Of a DNA stretch of 64,000 nucleotides, positions 27,155 through 38,052 are shown one piece after another. Origin of the DNA: Octopus vulgaris (lineage: Eukaryota); contig OX597839.1 of assembly GCA_951406725.2 (NCBI GenBank), positions 25,482,001 to 25,546,000 on the forward strand, in the 5' to 3' direction. The stretch's first letter is position 1. Each line of letters begins with the position of its first letter. The translations under genes were made by a program, and so were the position numbers. The notes beneath the pieces were generated by a model. That model ran no database searches. It had not been told where the DNA came from and saw only the letters and a list, made by a program, of their open reading frames with translations.

Positions 27155-29687
27155 TGTGGGTGGAGGGGTTATAAGGCTGATTATTGCTAAATTTTAGGAA
27201 TTAATAATGGAACTTATTAAGACCAATAATGCCAGATATTCAAGCACCGAGAACATGAAGATTTGAAAAGTGACAATGAAGGACGGTTCTTTAATAATAG
27301 AAGCAGCAGCATCGAAGCATGGTGCCGAATATAATATATATCTTGTTCTTGTTCCAGTTGTTAGCATGTTGGATAAACTATTTTGTGGAACTTGTTCCGG
27401 ATCTTGAACTCAAATCTCAGCAAGGTCAACTTTGGAGTTAGTAAAGTTTAATATTGGGGCAGATTCCTCTCTACCTAAGAAATTAGCTGTGTCCAGATCT
27501 GGAGAAGGATGGGTTCTGCCAAGCTTAAAACTCACATGATAAACTGTATGTAATCACACACACACAGAGATCCTATTTTGTTACTGTATTTCTAATGAAA
27601 TACGTTGCCTTTCAATTAATTTCGAAAAATAGCAAAGAATTTAGTAAAATGACTGTCATTAATTCAGCTGGAGTTTGGAATATAAATTAATATGAAATTA
27701 TGAAGGAAGGTTTTAATTTAGATAACTTTAAAACAGTAAATCATCATCATCATCATCGTTTAGCGTCCGCTTTCCATGCTAGCATGGGTTGGACGGTTCA
27801 ACTGGGGTCTGTGAAGCCAGAAGGCTGCCCCAGGCTCCAGTCTGATCCGGCAATGTTTCTACGGCTGGATGCCCTTCCTAATGCTCGTATTGTAAAACCA
27901 GGAGCAGTCTCAGACAGGTTGATACCAAAAGAGGCAACAACACAACATACAGGAATGCAAAGTAAAAATATTTTCAGAGGACCAAAGTGAGGAATTAGAA
28001 GAATCATCGAGATGTTAGCCGTGATGAATAAGAACTTGTCTCATGCAATGGTCCATGCAGTGATGGTGAGATTAATATGTCAAAGAAGGAGAATAATTAG
28101 CAGAAAATATCATCTAATGTCCACTTTCCTTGCTGGCATGGGTTGGCCGGTTTGACTGAAAACCAGCAAGCTGGGAGGCTGAACCAGGCTCCAATCTGAT
28201 CTGGCAAGGTTTCTACAGCTGGATGCCCTTCCTAATGCCAACCACTCTCAGAGTGTAATAGGTGCTTTTTACATGCCTCTGGCGTGGGTGCCAGTCAGGC
28301 GGCACTGGCATTGGCCACACTCGAATGGTGCTATTTACGTGCTACCGGCACAGGTGCCAGCCAGGTGGCACTGGCATCAGTGATACTTGAATGGTGCTTT
28401 TCACATGCCACCGACATGGGTGCCAGCCAGGCGGCACTCACATCAGCCACACTCAAACGGTGCTTTTTACATGCCACAGACACGGGTGCCAGTCAGGTGG
28501 CACTGGCATTGGTCATGCACGAACGGTGCCTTTTATGTGCCACACTAATATTTGTTTAAAGAAATGGAAGATTAACAATGCTCGCCCTATTGAAGGTGAA
28601 TTACCCCCGCCCCCCTTGCACTTTGCCCCACCAGACTGTGTTTTAACTGTAAACTACATTCTGTTAATAAGATACAGATGAAGATGGGGCGATGGCAACA
28701 GTGACTGGAGATGGAGGATCCTGGTGGAGTGTATGGCTATGACATGAGACTGTGGTGTGTGGTGAGCAATAGTGGTTGTATCTGAGGCTATGACATGAGA
28801 CTGTGGTGTGTGGTGAGCAATAGTGGTTGTGTCTGAGGATTGAACCCTTGCCTATGATCATTGGGATATTCATTCATTCACAGTTTTTATTATTATTTAT
28901 CTCCATATTATTATTTTATTATTATTTATCTCCGTTACTTAGCGGTTTGGCAAAGGAGACCAATAAAATAAGTACTGGGCTTACAAAAGAATAAGTCCCA
29001 GGGTTGAGTTGCTCGATTAATGGCGGTGCTCCAGCATGGCCGCAGTCAAATGACTGAAACAAGTAAAAGAGTATATCAGAAGCTCCAGGATGTATTTAAC
29101 CCCTTACCTGGCAAAGACAAGTTAACTTGTCTTCACCCAATTTGTCTTTCTCAGATTGCAACGAGTAAACTCATCCAAAATATATCATTCCAAAGCCAGC
29201 CACAGATGATTTTATACATCAATTCTTGGCATTTCTTGTGTTTTATCTGTTTTTTATTTACAAATTATGCCCAGATGTCAAGCTGAGAAGATGACAATGA
29301 GTATGAACCTTCTATTAGAAGTTTGGATACATCAGATGAGAGTGCAAGCTCGTCTGATAAAAAAAATTTGTCTGAAAATGAAACTTTTCTCCAAAAAGAG
29401 TTGCTGGGGAAGGGGTTTAAAATTGAATAAAGTAAAATATTTAAAACTGTTTTGTCACCTTATTTCTAAAGAAATACACCAATCTGATGGGTTTTGATTA
29501 ATTATGAAAATAATCAAGAATTCAGAGCAGATAGAAACAGGTGTGTTGCTGTAGAGGAATGGTGTCATGCGGAGAAAGTGGACTTATTAAAAAATAATTA
29601 ATAGAGACAGAAGCAGTATTAATAATCCCACTGGCTATCTGCAACACCAGGGCCAGAACAGACATTCTATATATTACTGACAGAGAA

Positions 29688-29774
29688 ACTGCTGCTGTCT
29701 CCAGCCATGGATGTCTGTCACTGACGAGGCCAAGGAAGGCTGAAATCATGTGATCTAGTAATTCTAGCAGCAGT
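29688..29774 (+). ncRNA. Type I hammerhead ribozyme motif (probably a decayed PLE/retrozyme copy)
   Basis: CTGACGA 29721-27; stem II GGCC/GGCT with loop AAGGAA; GAAA 29742-45; stem III ATCA-TG-TGAT; putative cleavage after C29755; distal ACTGCTGCT/AGCAGCAGT helix. The proximal stem I pairs poorly. Confidence 0.6.
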
Positions 29775-30229
29775 AGTGGATGATTATCTTCCACTATATA
29801 AACATGATAAACAGCGATATAAACATGATGTGCCATAAGTCCATATGAGAGGTCCTCTCAGAGTAAATAATGCAGTATTTTGTGTTCCAACACAACAGTC
29901 ATGTTAATTAAGAGATAAACATGACTTTTTGGTATTAACACAATATTGCTTCTGTTGCTATTAATTATGATGGGAGGTTTTAATATAAATACGAACATTT
30001 TAAAATGAGAAACAGTGTCAAGAAAGTATTAAAGACATTAACCCTTTTGTTACCAAAACAACCGTAGCCAAAGTTTGGAACATGTTTTAAACATTAAAAT
30101 TGTTATGCCCGAGTACAATTTGATTCACACATATACGATGTAGAAATATACTTCAGGACAAGTGAGACCATAACCCATGGCCTTCACCTGGGATGTAGCC
30201 AGTCCTTTTCTTCTTGGGATACAAAACTC

Positions 30230-30608
30230 TGCTTGCGAAGACCTGTTGAGGCAAGTGAAATCAAAATCAATGGAAATTGTAGTTGTGATACCAGTGCTGG
30301 TGGTACGTAAAAGAACCATCCAAATGTGGCCGTTGCCTGCGCCGCCTCGACTGGCCTCCGTGCTGGTGGCACGTAAAAAGCACCAACCAATCATGGCCAT
30401 TGCCAGCCTCGCCTGGCACCTGTGCCAGTGGAACGTAAAAAGCACCCACTACACTCATGGAGTGGTTGGCGTTCGGAAGGGCATCCAGCTGTAGAAACAC
30501 TGCCAGATCAGACTGGAGCCTGGTGCAGCCTCCTGGCTTCCCAGACCCCAGTCGAACTGTCCAACCCATGCTAGCATGGAAAACAGACGTTAAACGATGA
30601 TGATGATC
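30230..30608 (+). mobile_element. RTE-related non-autonomous repeat with (GAT)n tail
   Basis: Core GTTGGCGTT(A/C)GGAAGGGCATCCAGCTGTAGAAAC and tail AAAACGGACGTTAAACGATGATGAT. Copies at about 2520-2630, 39030-39370, 40370-40580, 46140-46350 (+) and 27741-27885, 28110-28545, 35355-35600, 41598-41790, 48863-49345, 50771-50960, 52786-52985 (-). Confidence 0.75.
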
Positions 30609-30609
30609 C

Positions 30610-30840
30610 AAGGCGGTGAGCTGGCAGAACCGTTAGCACACCGGGCGAAATGCGTAGCTGTATTTCGTCTGCCGTTACGTTCTGAGTTCAAATTCCGCCG
30701 AGGTCGACTTTGCCTTTCATCCTTTTGGGGTCGATAAATTAAGTACCAGTTACGCACTGGGGTCGATGTAATCGACTTAATCCGTTTGTCTGTCCTTGTT
30801 TGTTTCCTCTGTGTGTAGCCCCTTGTGGGTAATAAAGAAA
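30610..30840 (+). mobile_element. tRNA-derived SINE family 2 with a Meta-like central domain
   Basis: A box GCTGGCAGAA, B box GAGTTCAAATTCC, core GCCTTTCATCCTTTCGGGGTCGATAAATTAAGTACCAG resembling the MetaSINE domain. Other copies at about 11421-11654(+), 20630-20965(-), 26229-26445(-), 33082-33705(+, cluster), 35650-35970(-), 46367-47105(+, cluster) and 55955-56865(-, cluster). Confidence 0.87.
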
Positions 30841-31856
30841 CGGATGATGATGATCCAATGGTTCAATTAGAAGATATTGACCCATTCCATCAACTTTTAG
30901 GTAAATATATCTCTATGTTGTATATATCTGAATTGAACTGTACATTTGGACATAACAATTTTAATTTTTAAAAAATGTTACAAACTTTTAGCCATGACTG
31001 TATTTTGTTACTACTTCCACCTATGAAATCAGTTTATTTGTTACAGACTTTTGTAGTAGCCCGGTAGCTCCTAAAAGGGATCACACAAGACCACCCTCTC
31101 TCCCTAGTTCACCTTCCATGATTTATTCAGGAGCAATGTGGGTGGAGGGGTTATAAGGCTGATTATTGCTAAATTTTAGGAATTAATAATGGAACTTATT
31201 AAGACCAATAATGCCAGATATTCAAGCACCGAGAACATGAAGATTTGAGAAATGTCAATGAAGGACATTGTTTCAATAAATTTTGAAAGTAATGAGGAAT
31301 TTAGAAAAATATTTTTGCCATTATTAAGCCGGTGATTGGAACATAGAATAACATGAAACTTTAGTGGAAGACTAATTTAGATCACTTTAAAACAGGGAGT
31401 TTGTATCAAAGAGCTGGGGCTGGTGTGAGACAGGTTGGTAACAAAAGGGTTGGTTTACAAAAGATGTTTAATAGTTTAAAAAAAGACAAAAACAAAACAA
31501 AAAAATCTCCAAAAATGTTAATAAATTCAACTCTATGAAATTAACCCTTTAACCCTTCTATTTCTGTTGAGATGCTCTGAGTTTCTTTCAATAAATTTTA
31601 AATATAACAAAGAATTTAGTAAAATAACATTGTTATGATTAAGTTAGTGTTAGGAACACAAATTGTGACTAAGGTTTTGTGGAAGATTTTAATTCAAAAC
31701 TTTTGAAAACAAGACATTTGTACTACAGAGCCAAAGGTGGATTCAGGTGGGTTGGTATCAAAAGGGTTAATTTGCAGATTTTGTTTCACATAGTTGTTTG
31801 ACTTGTTAGAAATAGCAGCCAAATCTTGTACAAACTGAAGACACATTTGACTGTCT

Positions 31857-32086
31857 TTAACCCTTTCATTACCGTATTTATTTTGAGATGCTCTGTGTTT
31901 CTTTCAATTAATTTTAAATATAACAAAGAATTTAGTAAAATTACTTAGTCATCATTAAGCTAGTGTTAGGAACATAAATTGTGACTAAGGTTTGATGGAA
32001 GATTTTAATTCAGAACTTTAGAAAACAAGACATTTGTACTACAGAACCAGAGGTGGTTTCAGCTGGGTTGGTATCAAAGGGGTTAA
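31857..32086. mobile_element. piggyBac-type MITE family B
   Basis: TTAA|CCCTTT...AAAGGGG|TTAA. Related copies at about 31541-31770, 6841-6940, 21648-21868, 45057-45440 and 21335-21640. Confidence 0.78.
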
Positions 32087-32325
32087 CTGTGAAATTAAAT
32101 TTCACAATTATTTATTCCAGGAAAGATATTAAATATCTATCTCAAAATAGAATTAGTATTTTCTGCAATAAACTTGACGTATCTCAACAAAAAATAGTTT
32201 TGAGCACAACATTCCTCAACAAAAGACAAACTGGTTTATAAAACTGATTTCCACAGTTAAAGGGTTAATTTGTAATCACAACCAACCAAACTTTGAATGA
32301 AACTTAATGAGACTAATCAACTTAC

Positions 32326-32553
32326 TTTATGTTTGGCTGAGTATATCTGATTGTGAATGAGTTGTTGTAGTTCACGCAGGAGCGATCGTAGCTGGCCAGA
32401 TTTGATGTCACTGATAGAATTACAAGTCTCTTCGACTGGGCCAACATAATCCACGTCACTGCCATCGCTGATGGCTTTGGCCTGGTTCTGTGTCCGAAGT
32501 TTAGCACATAATTTACAGAGGAGGTTGTACACTTCGACAATCTCATTTAGAAA
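32326..32553 (-). CDS. BICD-related protein, internal exon (phase 0/0)
   Basis: Acceptor ttgctttgttttcag|TTT, donor AAA|gtaagt. 228 nt: FLNEIVEVYNLLCKLCAKLR...GQLRSLLRELQQLIHNQIYSAKHK, with amphipathic helical segments. Confidence 0.85.
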
Positions 32554-33704
32554 CTGAAAACAAAGCAAAACAAAAAGAAATAATTAAAACCAAAAAAAAA
32601 AAAATCCCTAAAATCTATTCTGTTTCAGTGAAGGAACAGGAAACTAAAGAGAAGGAATCCGTCTTAGTGAGAGATCCAGGAAGGGATCTGTCAAGTGATA
32701 TTTGTGTACGTTTAGATACAGAACACAGAAACATTGAAATAGCTCATTATTATAATTAAAGGTGGGTGAATTGTGCAAGAATGGCCAATTCTGAGGTTTC
32801 GCCTGTAATTGAAAAAGGTGTTATAAAAGGAGAAAGGGGCTCTCTACCCCCCTTTTGACCAGGCTCCCGTTGGCTTTTATGGGTTTTTCCACCAGGAACC
32901 TTTCGTAACGCCTCCCCCTATTGGGAGTTTTTCATTGTTATATTATTTGATTGTTACACTGTTTTTACACAATTTTTTCACAAACGGACAAAACCCTTTG
33001 TAACCTTTCGTCCCTTTATGTTTCCTAATCATGTGTGTCAGCCCTTGTGGCCAATAAAACAAATTAATTATTATTAATATTAAGATGGCAACTTGGCAGA
33101 ATCGTTAGCACGACGGGTGAAATGCTTAACGGTATTTCGTCTGCCGTTACGCTCTGAGTTCAAATTCCGCCGAGGTCAACTTTGCTTTTCATCCTTTCGA
33201 GGTCAAATTAAGTACCAGTTACGCACTGGGGTCGATGTAATTGACTTAATCCGTTTGTCTGTCCTTGTTTGTCCCCTCTGTGTTTAGCCCCTTGTCGGTT
33301 GTAAAGAAATAGATATTTCGTTTGCCGCTACGTTCTGAGTTCAATTTCCACCGATGTCAACTTTGCCTTTCTTCTTTTCGGGGTCGATAATTAGGAACCA
33401 GTGAAACACTGGGGTTGATGTAATCAACTATACTCCTCCCCTAAATTCCAGGCCTTGTGCCTATAGTAAAAAGGATTATTATTAGTATTAAGGCAGCAAA
33501 CTGGCAGAATTGTTAGCATGTTGGACAAAATGCTTAGCGGTATTTTATCCATCTTTACTTTCTGAGTTCAAATTCCCTCCAAGGACGACTTTGCTTTCAT
33601 CCCTTTTGGGGTTGATAAAATGAGTACCAGTTGAACACTGGGGTCAATGTAGTCGACTCATCTCCACCCCCAAAATTGCTGCCCTTGTGGAAAAATTTGA
33701 AACC

Positions 33705-33735
33705 GTTATTATTTTTATTATTATTATTATTATTA

Positions 33736-33767
<32 letters not shown>

Positions 33768-34027
33768 TATTGTTATTATTATTTATTATTATTATTATCA
33801 TTATTTTTTTAATTATTATTATTTTTATTATTATTATTATTTTTTATTATTATTCTAATTATTATTATTTTTATTATTATTATTATTATTGTCATTATTA
33901 TTATTTTTTATTATTATTGTCATTATTATTATTTTTTATTATTATTATTGTTATTATTATTATTATTTTTTATTGTTATTATTATTATTATTTTTTATTA
34001 TTATTATTATTTTTATTATTATTATTA

Positions 34028-34063
<36 letters not shown>

Positions 34064-34232
34064 TTTTATTATTATTATAATTATATTATTATTATTTTTT
34101 AAAATTATTATTATTATTATTTATTATTATTATTTTTTTAAAATTATTATTATCATTTTTATTATTATTATTATTACTATTTTTTATTATTATTATTATT
34201 TTTTATTATTATTATTATTGTTATTATTATTA
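33705..34232. repeat. (ATT)n microsatellite
   Basis: About 530 bp of imperfect ATT repeats directly after a SINE 3' end. Confidence 0.95.
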
Positions 34233-34574
34233 GCAGGGGTAGCAACAGTGCTTTGGAGCCATGAAAAACTTACCCAAATTTACCCAAGCAACATTCTTGG
34301 CATTAAATTCTATGAATTCCATCCATTAAGTTCCAAAAGAAATTACCCCCACCCCTCCTCCTGATACCCCAATCAAAATAAACACGCCATTAAGCGATTT
34401 AACGAGCTTCCCAAATTGGAAAGCCAAAATCGTTTCCAATTTTTTTTTTCTTAGATTCACATGTCTGATTCTTCAGCTTTATCACTACAATACAGTGTAC
34501 AGTTTGGTATGTACTATTGCACGTACAGCATGCTTTCTACTGCTGCTACTACTACTACTACTATGACATGTATA

Positions 34575-34786
34575 TGTGCTGAAAAGTTCCTGGCTTTGAG
34601 TAGAAGAAAATACAGGATGAGGACCAGTTAATTATGATTTTATTCAACATAACCCCTTCTCACATTCACACACTTATTGCAGTGGTCCTTCAGTTTTTCT
34701 AAGCCCTGTAAAACAACTCGGAAGGTTGGGCCTCCGACTAGGCCTTTCTTGACACCCTTAAAGCCAAGAACTTTTCAGAACCCCCT

Positions 34787-34837
<51 letters not shown>

Positions 34838-35330
34838 GCATGCTAAAAAGTTCCTGGCTTTGGGTAAAAGAAAATACAGGAGGATCAGTTAATTATGATT
34901 TTATCCAACATATTCTCTTCTCAGATTCACACATTTATTGCAGGGGTCCTTCAGTTTTTCTAAGCCCCATAAAAGAACTCAGAAGATTGGGTCTCCAACC
35001 ATGCCTTTCGCGATACCCTTAAAACCAGGAACTTTTCAGCACACCCCGCCCCCTCATACGGTGTGTTATTTATTACAACGGGTACAGTGTAGTCTGAGTC
35101 ATATTCTTCCTAATTTAGGCACAAGACCGGAAATTTTGCGAGGAAGGGGCAGTCGGTTACCTCAGTGGAATTTGAACTCAAGAACTGGAAGAAAAACTGC
35201 TAAGCATTTTGTCCAACATGGTAATGATTCTGCCAAGTTCCTGGTTTTAAGGGTATTGCGAAAGGCATGGTTGGAGACCCAACCTTCTGAGTTCTTTTAC
35301 AGGGCTTAGAAAAGCTGAATGACCCCTGCA
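34575..35330. mobile_element. Two tandem mariner-type MITEs plus an inverted partial copy
   Basis: GCTGAAAAGTTCCTGGCTTT ... AAA(G/A)CCA(A/G)GAACTTTTCAG inverted termini at 34575-34790 and 34832-35058. 35235-35330 is an inverted part-copy. Confidence 0.75.
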
Positions 35331-36000
35331 CTTGCTACCTTGAATCTAAGTAACCATCATCATCATCAACACCACCACCATTTAATGTCTGTTGTCCATG
35401 CTGTCATGGGTTGGACAGTTTGACCAGAGCTGGCAAGCAGCTTCACCAGACTCCAGTCTGATTTGGCATGGTTCCCACAGTTGGATGCCCTTCCTAACGC
35501 CAACCACTCTACAGAGTGTACTGGGTGCTCTTTTAAGTGGCACCACACGGGCGCTGCTATGTGGTGCCACACGGGGGCTGCTTTTACATGATGCCATACA
35601 AGCACTCACCTGTGTGGCCTGAATCTGAGTGATATTGGTTTCAAATTTTGGCACAAGGCCAGTAATGCTCGGGGGAGGGAGTCAGTTGATTACATTGACC
35701 CCAGTATTCAACTGGTACTTATTTCATTGGCTTCGAAAAGGATGTAAAGGCAAAGTCAACCGCAGTGGAATTTGAACTCAGAATGTGAAGACAGACTCAA
35801 TGCCACAAAGCATTTTGCCCAGCATGCTAACGCTTCTGCCAGCTTGCCGCCCAGTAATTTCGGAGAAGGAGGTAAGTCAATTACATCGACCCCAGTAGTC
35901 CACTGGTACTTATTTTACCAACCCTGAATTGATGAAGAACAAAGTCGCCCTCGGTGGAATTTGAACTCTGAATATCTGACATTGAATAAAGACTTACCTA

Positions 36001-36402
36001 TACTCTTTTACTTGTTTCAATCATTTGACTGCGGCCATGCTGGAGCACCGCCTTTAGTCAAGCAAATCGACCCCGGGACTTATTCTTTGTAAGCCCAGTA
36101 CTTATTCTATCGGTCTCTTTTGCCGAACCGCTAAGTTACGGGGACGTAAACACACCAGCATCGGTTGTCAAGCAATGCTAGGGGGACAAACACAGACACA
36201 CAAACACACACATGCACACATATATATATACATATATACGACAGGCTTCTTTCAGTTTCCGTCTACCAAATACACTCACAAGGCATTGGTTGGCCCGGGG
36301 CTATAGCAGAAGACACTTGCCCAAGATGCCACGCAGTGGGACTGAACCCGGAACCATGTGATTGGTTAGCAAGCTACTTACCACACAGCCACTCCTGCGC
36401 CT
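36001..36402 (-). mobile_element. tRNA-derived SINE family 1 (octopus OK/OR-type), full length
   Basis: Minus-strand head GGCGCAGGAGTGGCTGTGTGGTAAG (A box) and GGTTCAGTCCC (B box), internal (TA/TG)n, tail CAGTCAAATGACTGAAACAAG plus (TAAAAGAG)n. Other minus copies at about 2118-2465, 3028-3403, 6941-7280, 13923-14304, 14615-14828, 19606-20013, 36985-37343, 42578-42989 and 53716-54063. Confidence 0.9.
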
Positions 36403-37887
36403 ATTTAGAGCTTTTATAAAAACTTTCTATCATTGTCCATAAGGCAAATTTTCTATATGGTGAAATTCCTTAGGGTAAATAGACGAAATACCACTAAGCA
36501 ATTTGCCTGGCATGTAAAAGGATTTGCCAACTCACTGCCTTTATAACATCAGTTGTATTAAAATGTAGACAGAAGTGAGCTTTTTCTAAGAAAGCCTTAT
36601 GAAAACAACCTTGTTAAACCAGTGACTCATGGTAGTAAAATTTGTAGACAATGTACGTGAGAGAAAGGGTGGAATTGAAATATCGTTAAAGGCGATGACA
36701 ATGAAGGAAAAAAAATATAAGAAAATACAATTTTAGCTTTGTGTTTCTTTGCAGAGAAACATTTCAAAGAATTCAATAATGATTGTTTATTTTGGCAGAA
36801 TGCCAATTTTGTTTTCTTCTTTTCTTTAATGAGATGATGATGTGCAAGCAATTAACCCATTACTTGTGCTAATTAATGTTTAAGCATATCACCTTGGCTC
36901 CAAAATATCTTAACGATTAATAAAATTTTAAAATTACTTTGATATACTTTTGAAAACAAATTTTAAAATCCCATCTTTTTCATTTTTTACTTGTTTCAGT
37001 CATTAGACTGTGGCCATGCTGGAGCACTGCCTTAGAAAATTTTAATTAAATGAATCAACGCCAATGCTTGTCATTTTCTTTCTTTTTTAAGCCTGGTATT
37101 TATTCTGCTGGTCTTTTCTTGTTGAACCACCAAGTTACAGGGACACAAACAAACCAACAACAGTCAAGTGGCGGTGGGGGATAAATACAGACACAAATCC
37201 ACACATACATAATTGTATATATGATGGGCTTCCTTCAATTTCCATCTACCAAATCCACTCACAAAGGTATAATAGAAGACGCTTAGCCAAGGTGCCATGC
37301 AGTGGGACTGAACCCAGAACCATGTGGTCGGGAAGCAAGCTTCTTACCACACAGCCATACCTGAACCATGTATGTGCGTGAGTCATTGTGTTTGTCCTGC
37401 CACTGCTTGACAACCAGCTGTTGGTTTATTTATGGCCCTGTAGTTTAGTGGTTTGTTAAAAGAGACAAAGATAGTTTAAGCACCTGACTTTAAAAAATTA
37501 AGCACTGGGATCCATCTGTTTGGCTAAAACCCTTCGTGGCGGTGCCCCAGTATGGCCACAGTCCAATGATTGAAACAAGTAAAAGAAACAAAAGAAAATT
37601 AACAACAATTTGGTAGACGGAAACTGAAAGAAGCCTGTCGTATATATGTATATATATGTGTGTGTATGTGTTTGTCCCCCTAGCATTGCTTGACAACCGA
37701 TGCTGGTGTGTTTACGTCCCCGTCACTTAGCGGTTCGGCAAAAAGAGATCGATAGAATAAGTACTGGGCTTACAAAGAATAAGTCTCGGGGTCGATTTGC
37801 TCGACTAAAAGGCGGTGCTCCAGCATGGCCGCAGTCAAATGACTGAAACAAGTAAAAGAGTAAAAAGAGTAAAGAGATCATACATAC

Positions 37888-38052
37888 CTCCTCGGAAAGG
37901 TTGTGGTGTGTTCCGATCTGATTAAAATGTGTTGCCATTGTGGAATTTGCCAGAGGAATTGGAGAACATTCGTCATCACACTCAATGTCGTCTTCGAATG
38001 TCATGTTCATCATCATCATTGATTGTGGGGTCAGACTGGTCAATGCTTCCGA
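37888..38052 (-). CDS. BICD-related (BICDR/CCDC64-like) protein, first exon visible in window (internal, phase 0/0)
   Basis: Acceptor ttctgtattttccag|TCG, donor GAG|gtatgt. 165 nt open: SEALTSLTPQSMMMMNMTFEDDIECDDECSPIPLANSTMATHFNQIGTHHNLSEE. In phase with the next exon. Assigned by splice continuity; this segment is not itself conserved. Confidence 0.75.

Noticed and set aside
33631-34364. Hydrophobic, membrane-protein-like ORFs
   Set aside because: Translations of (ATT)n.
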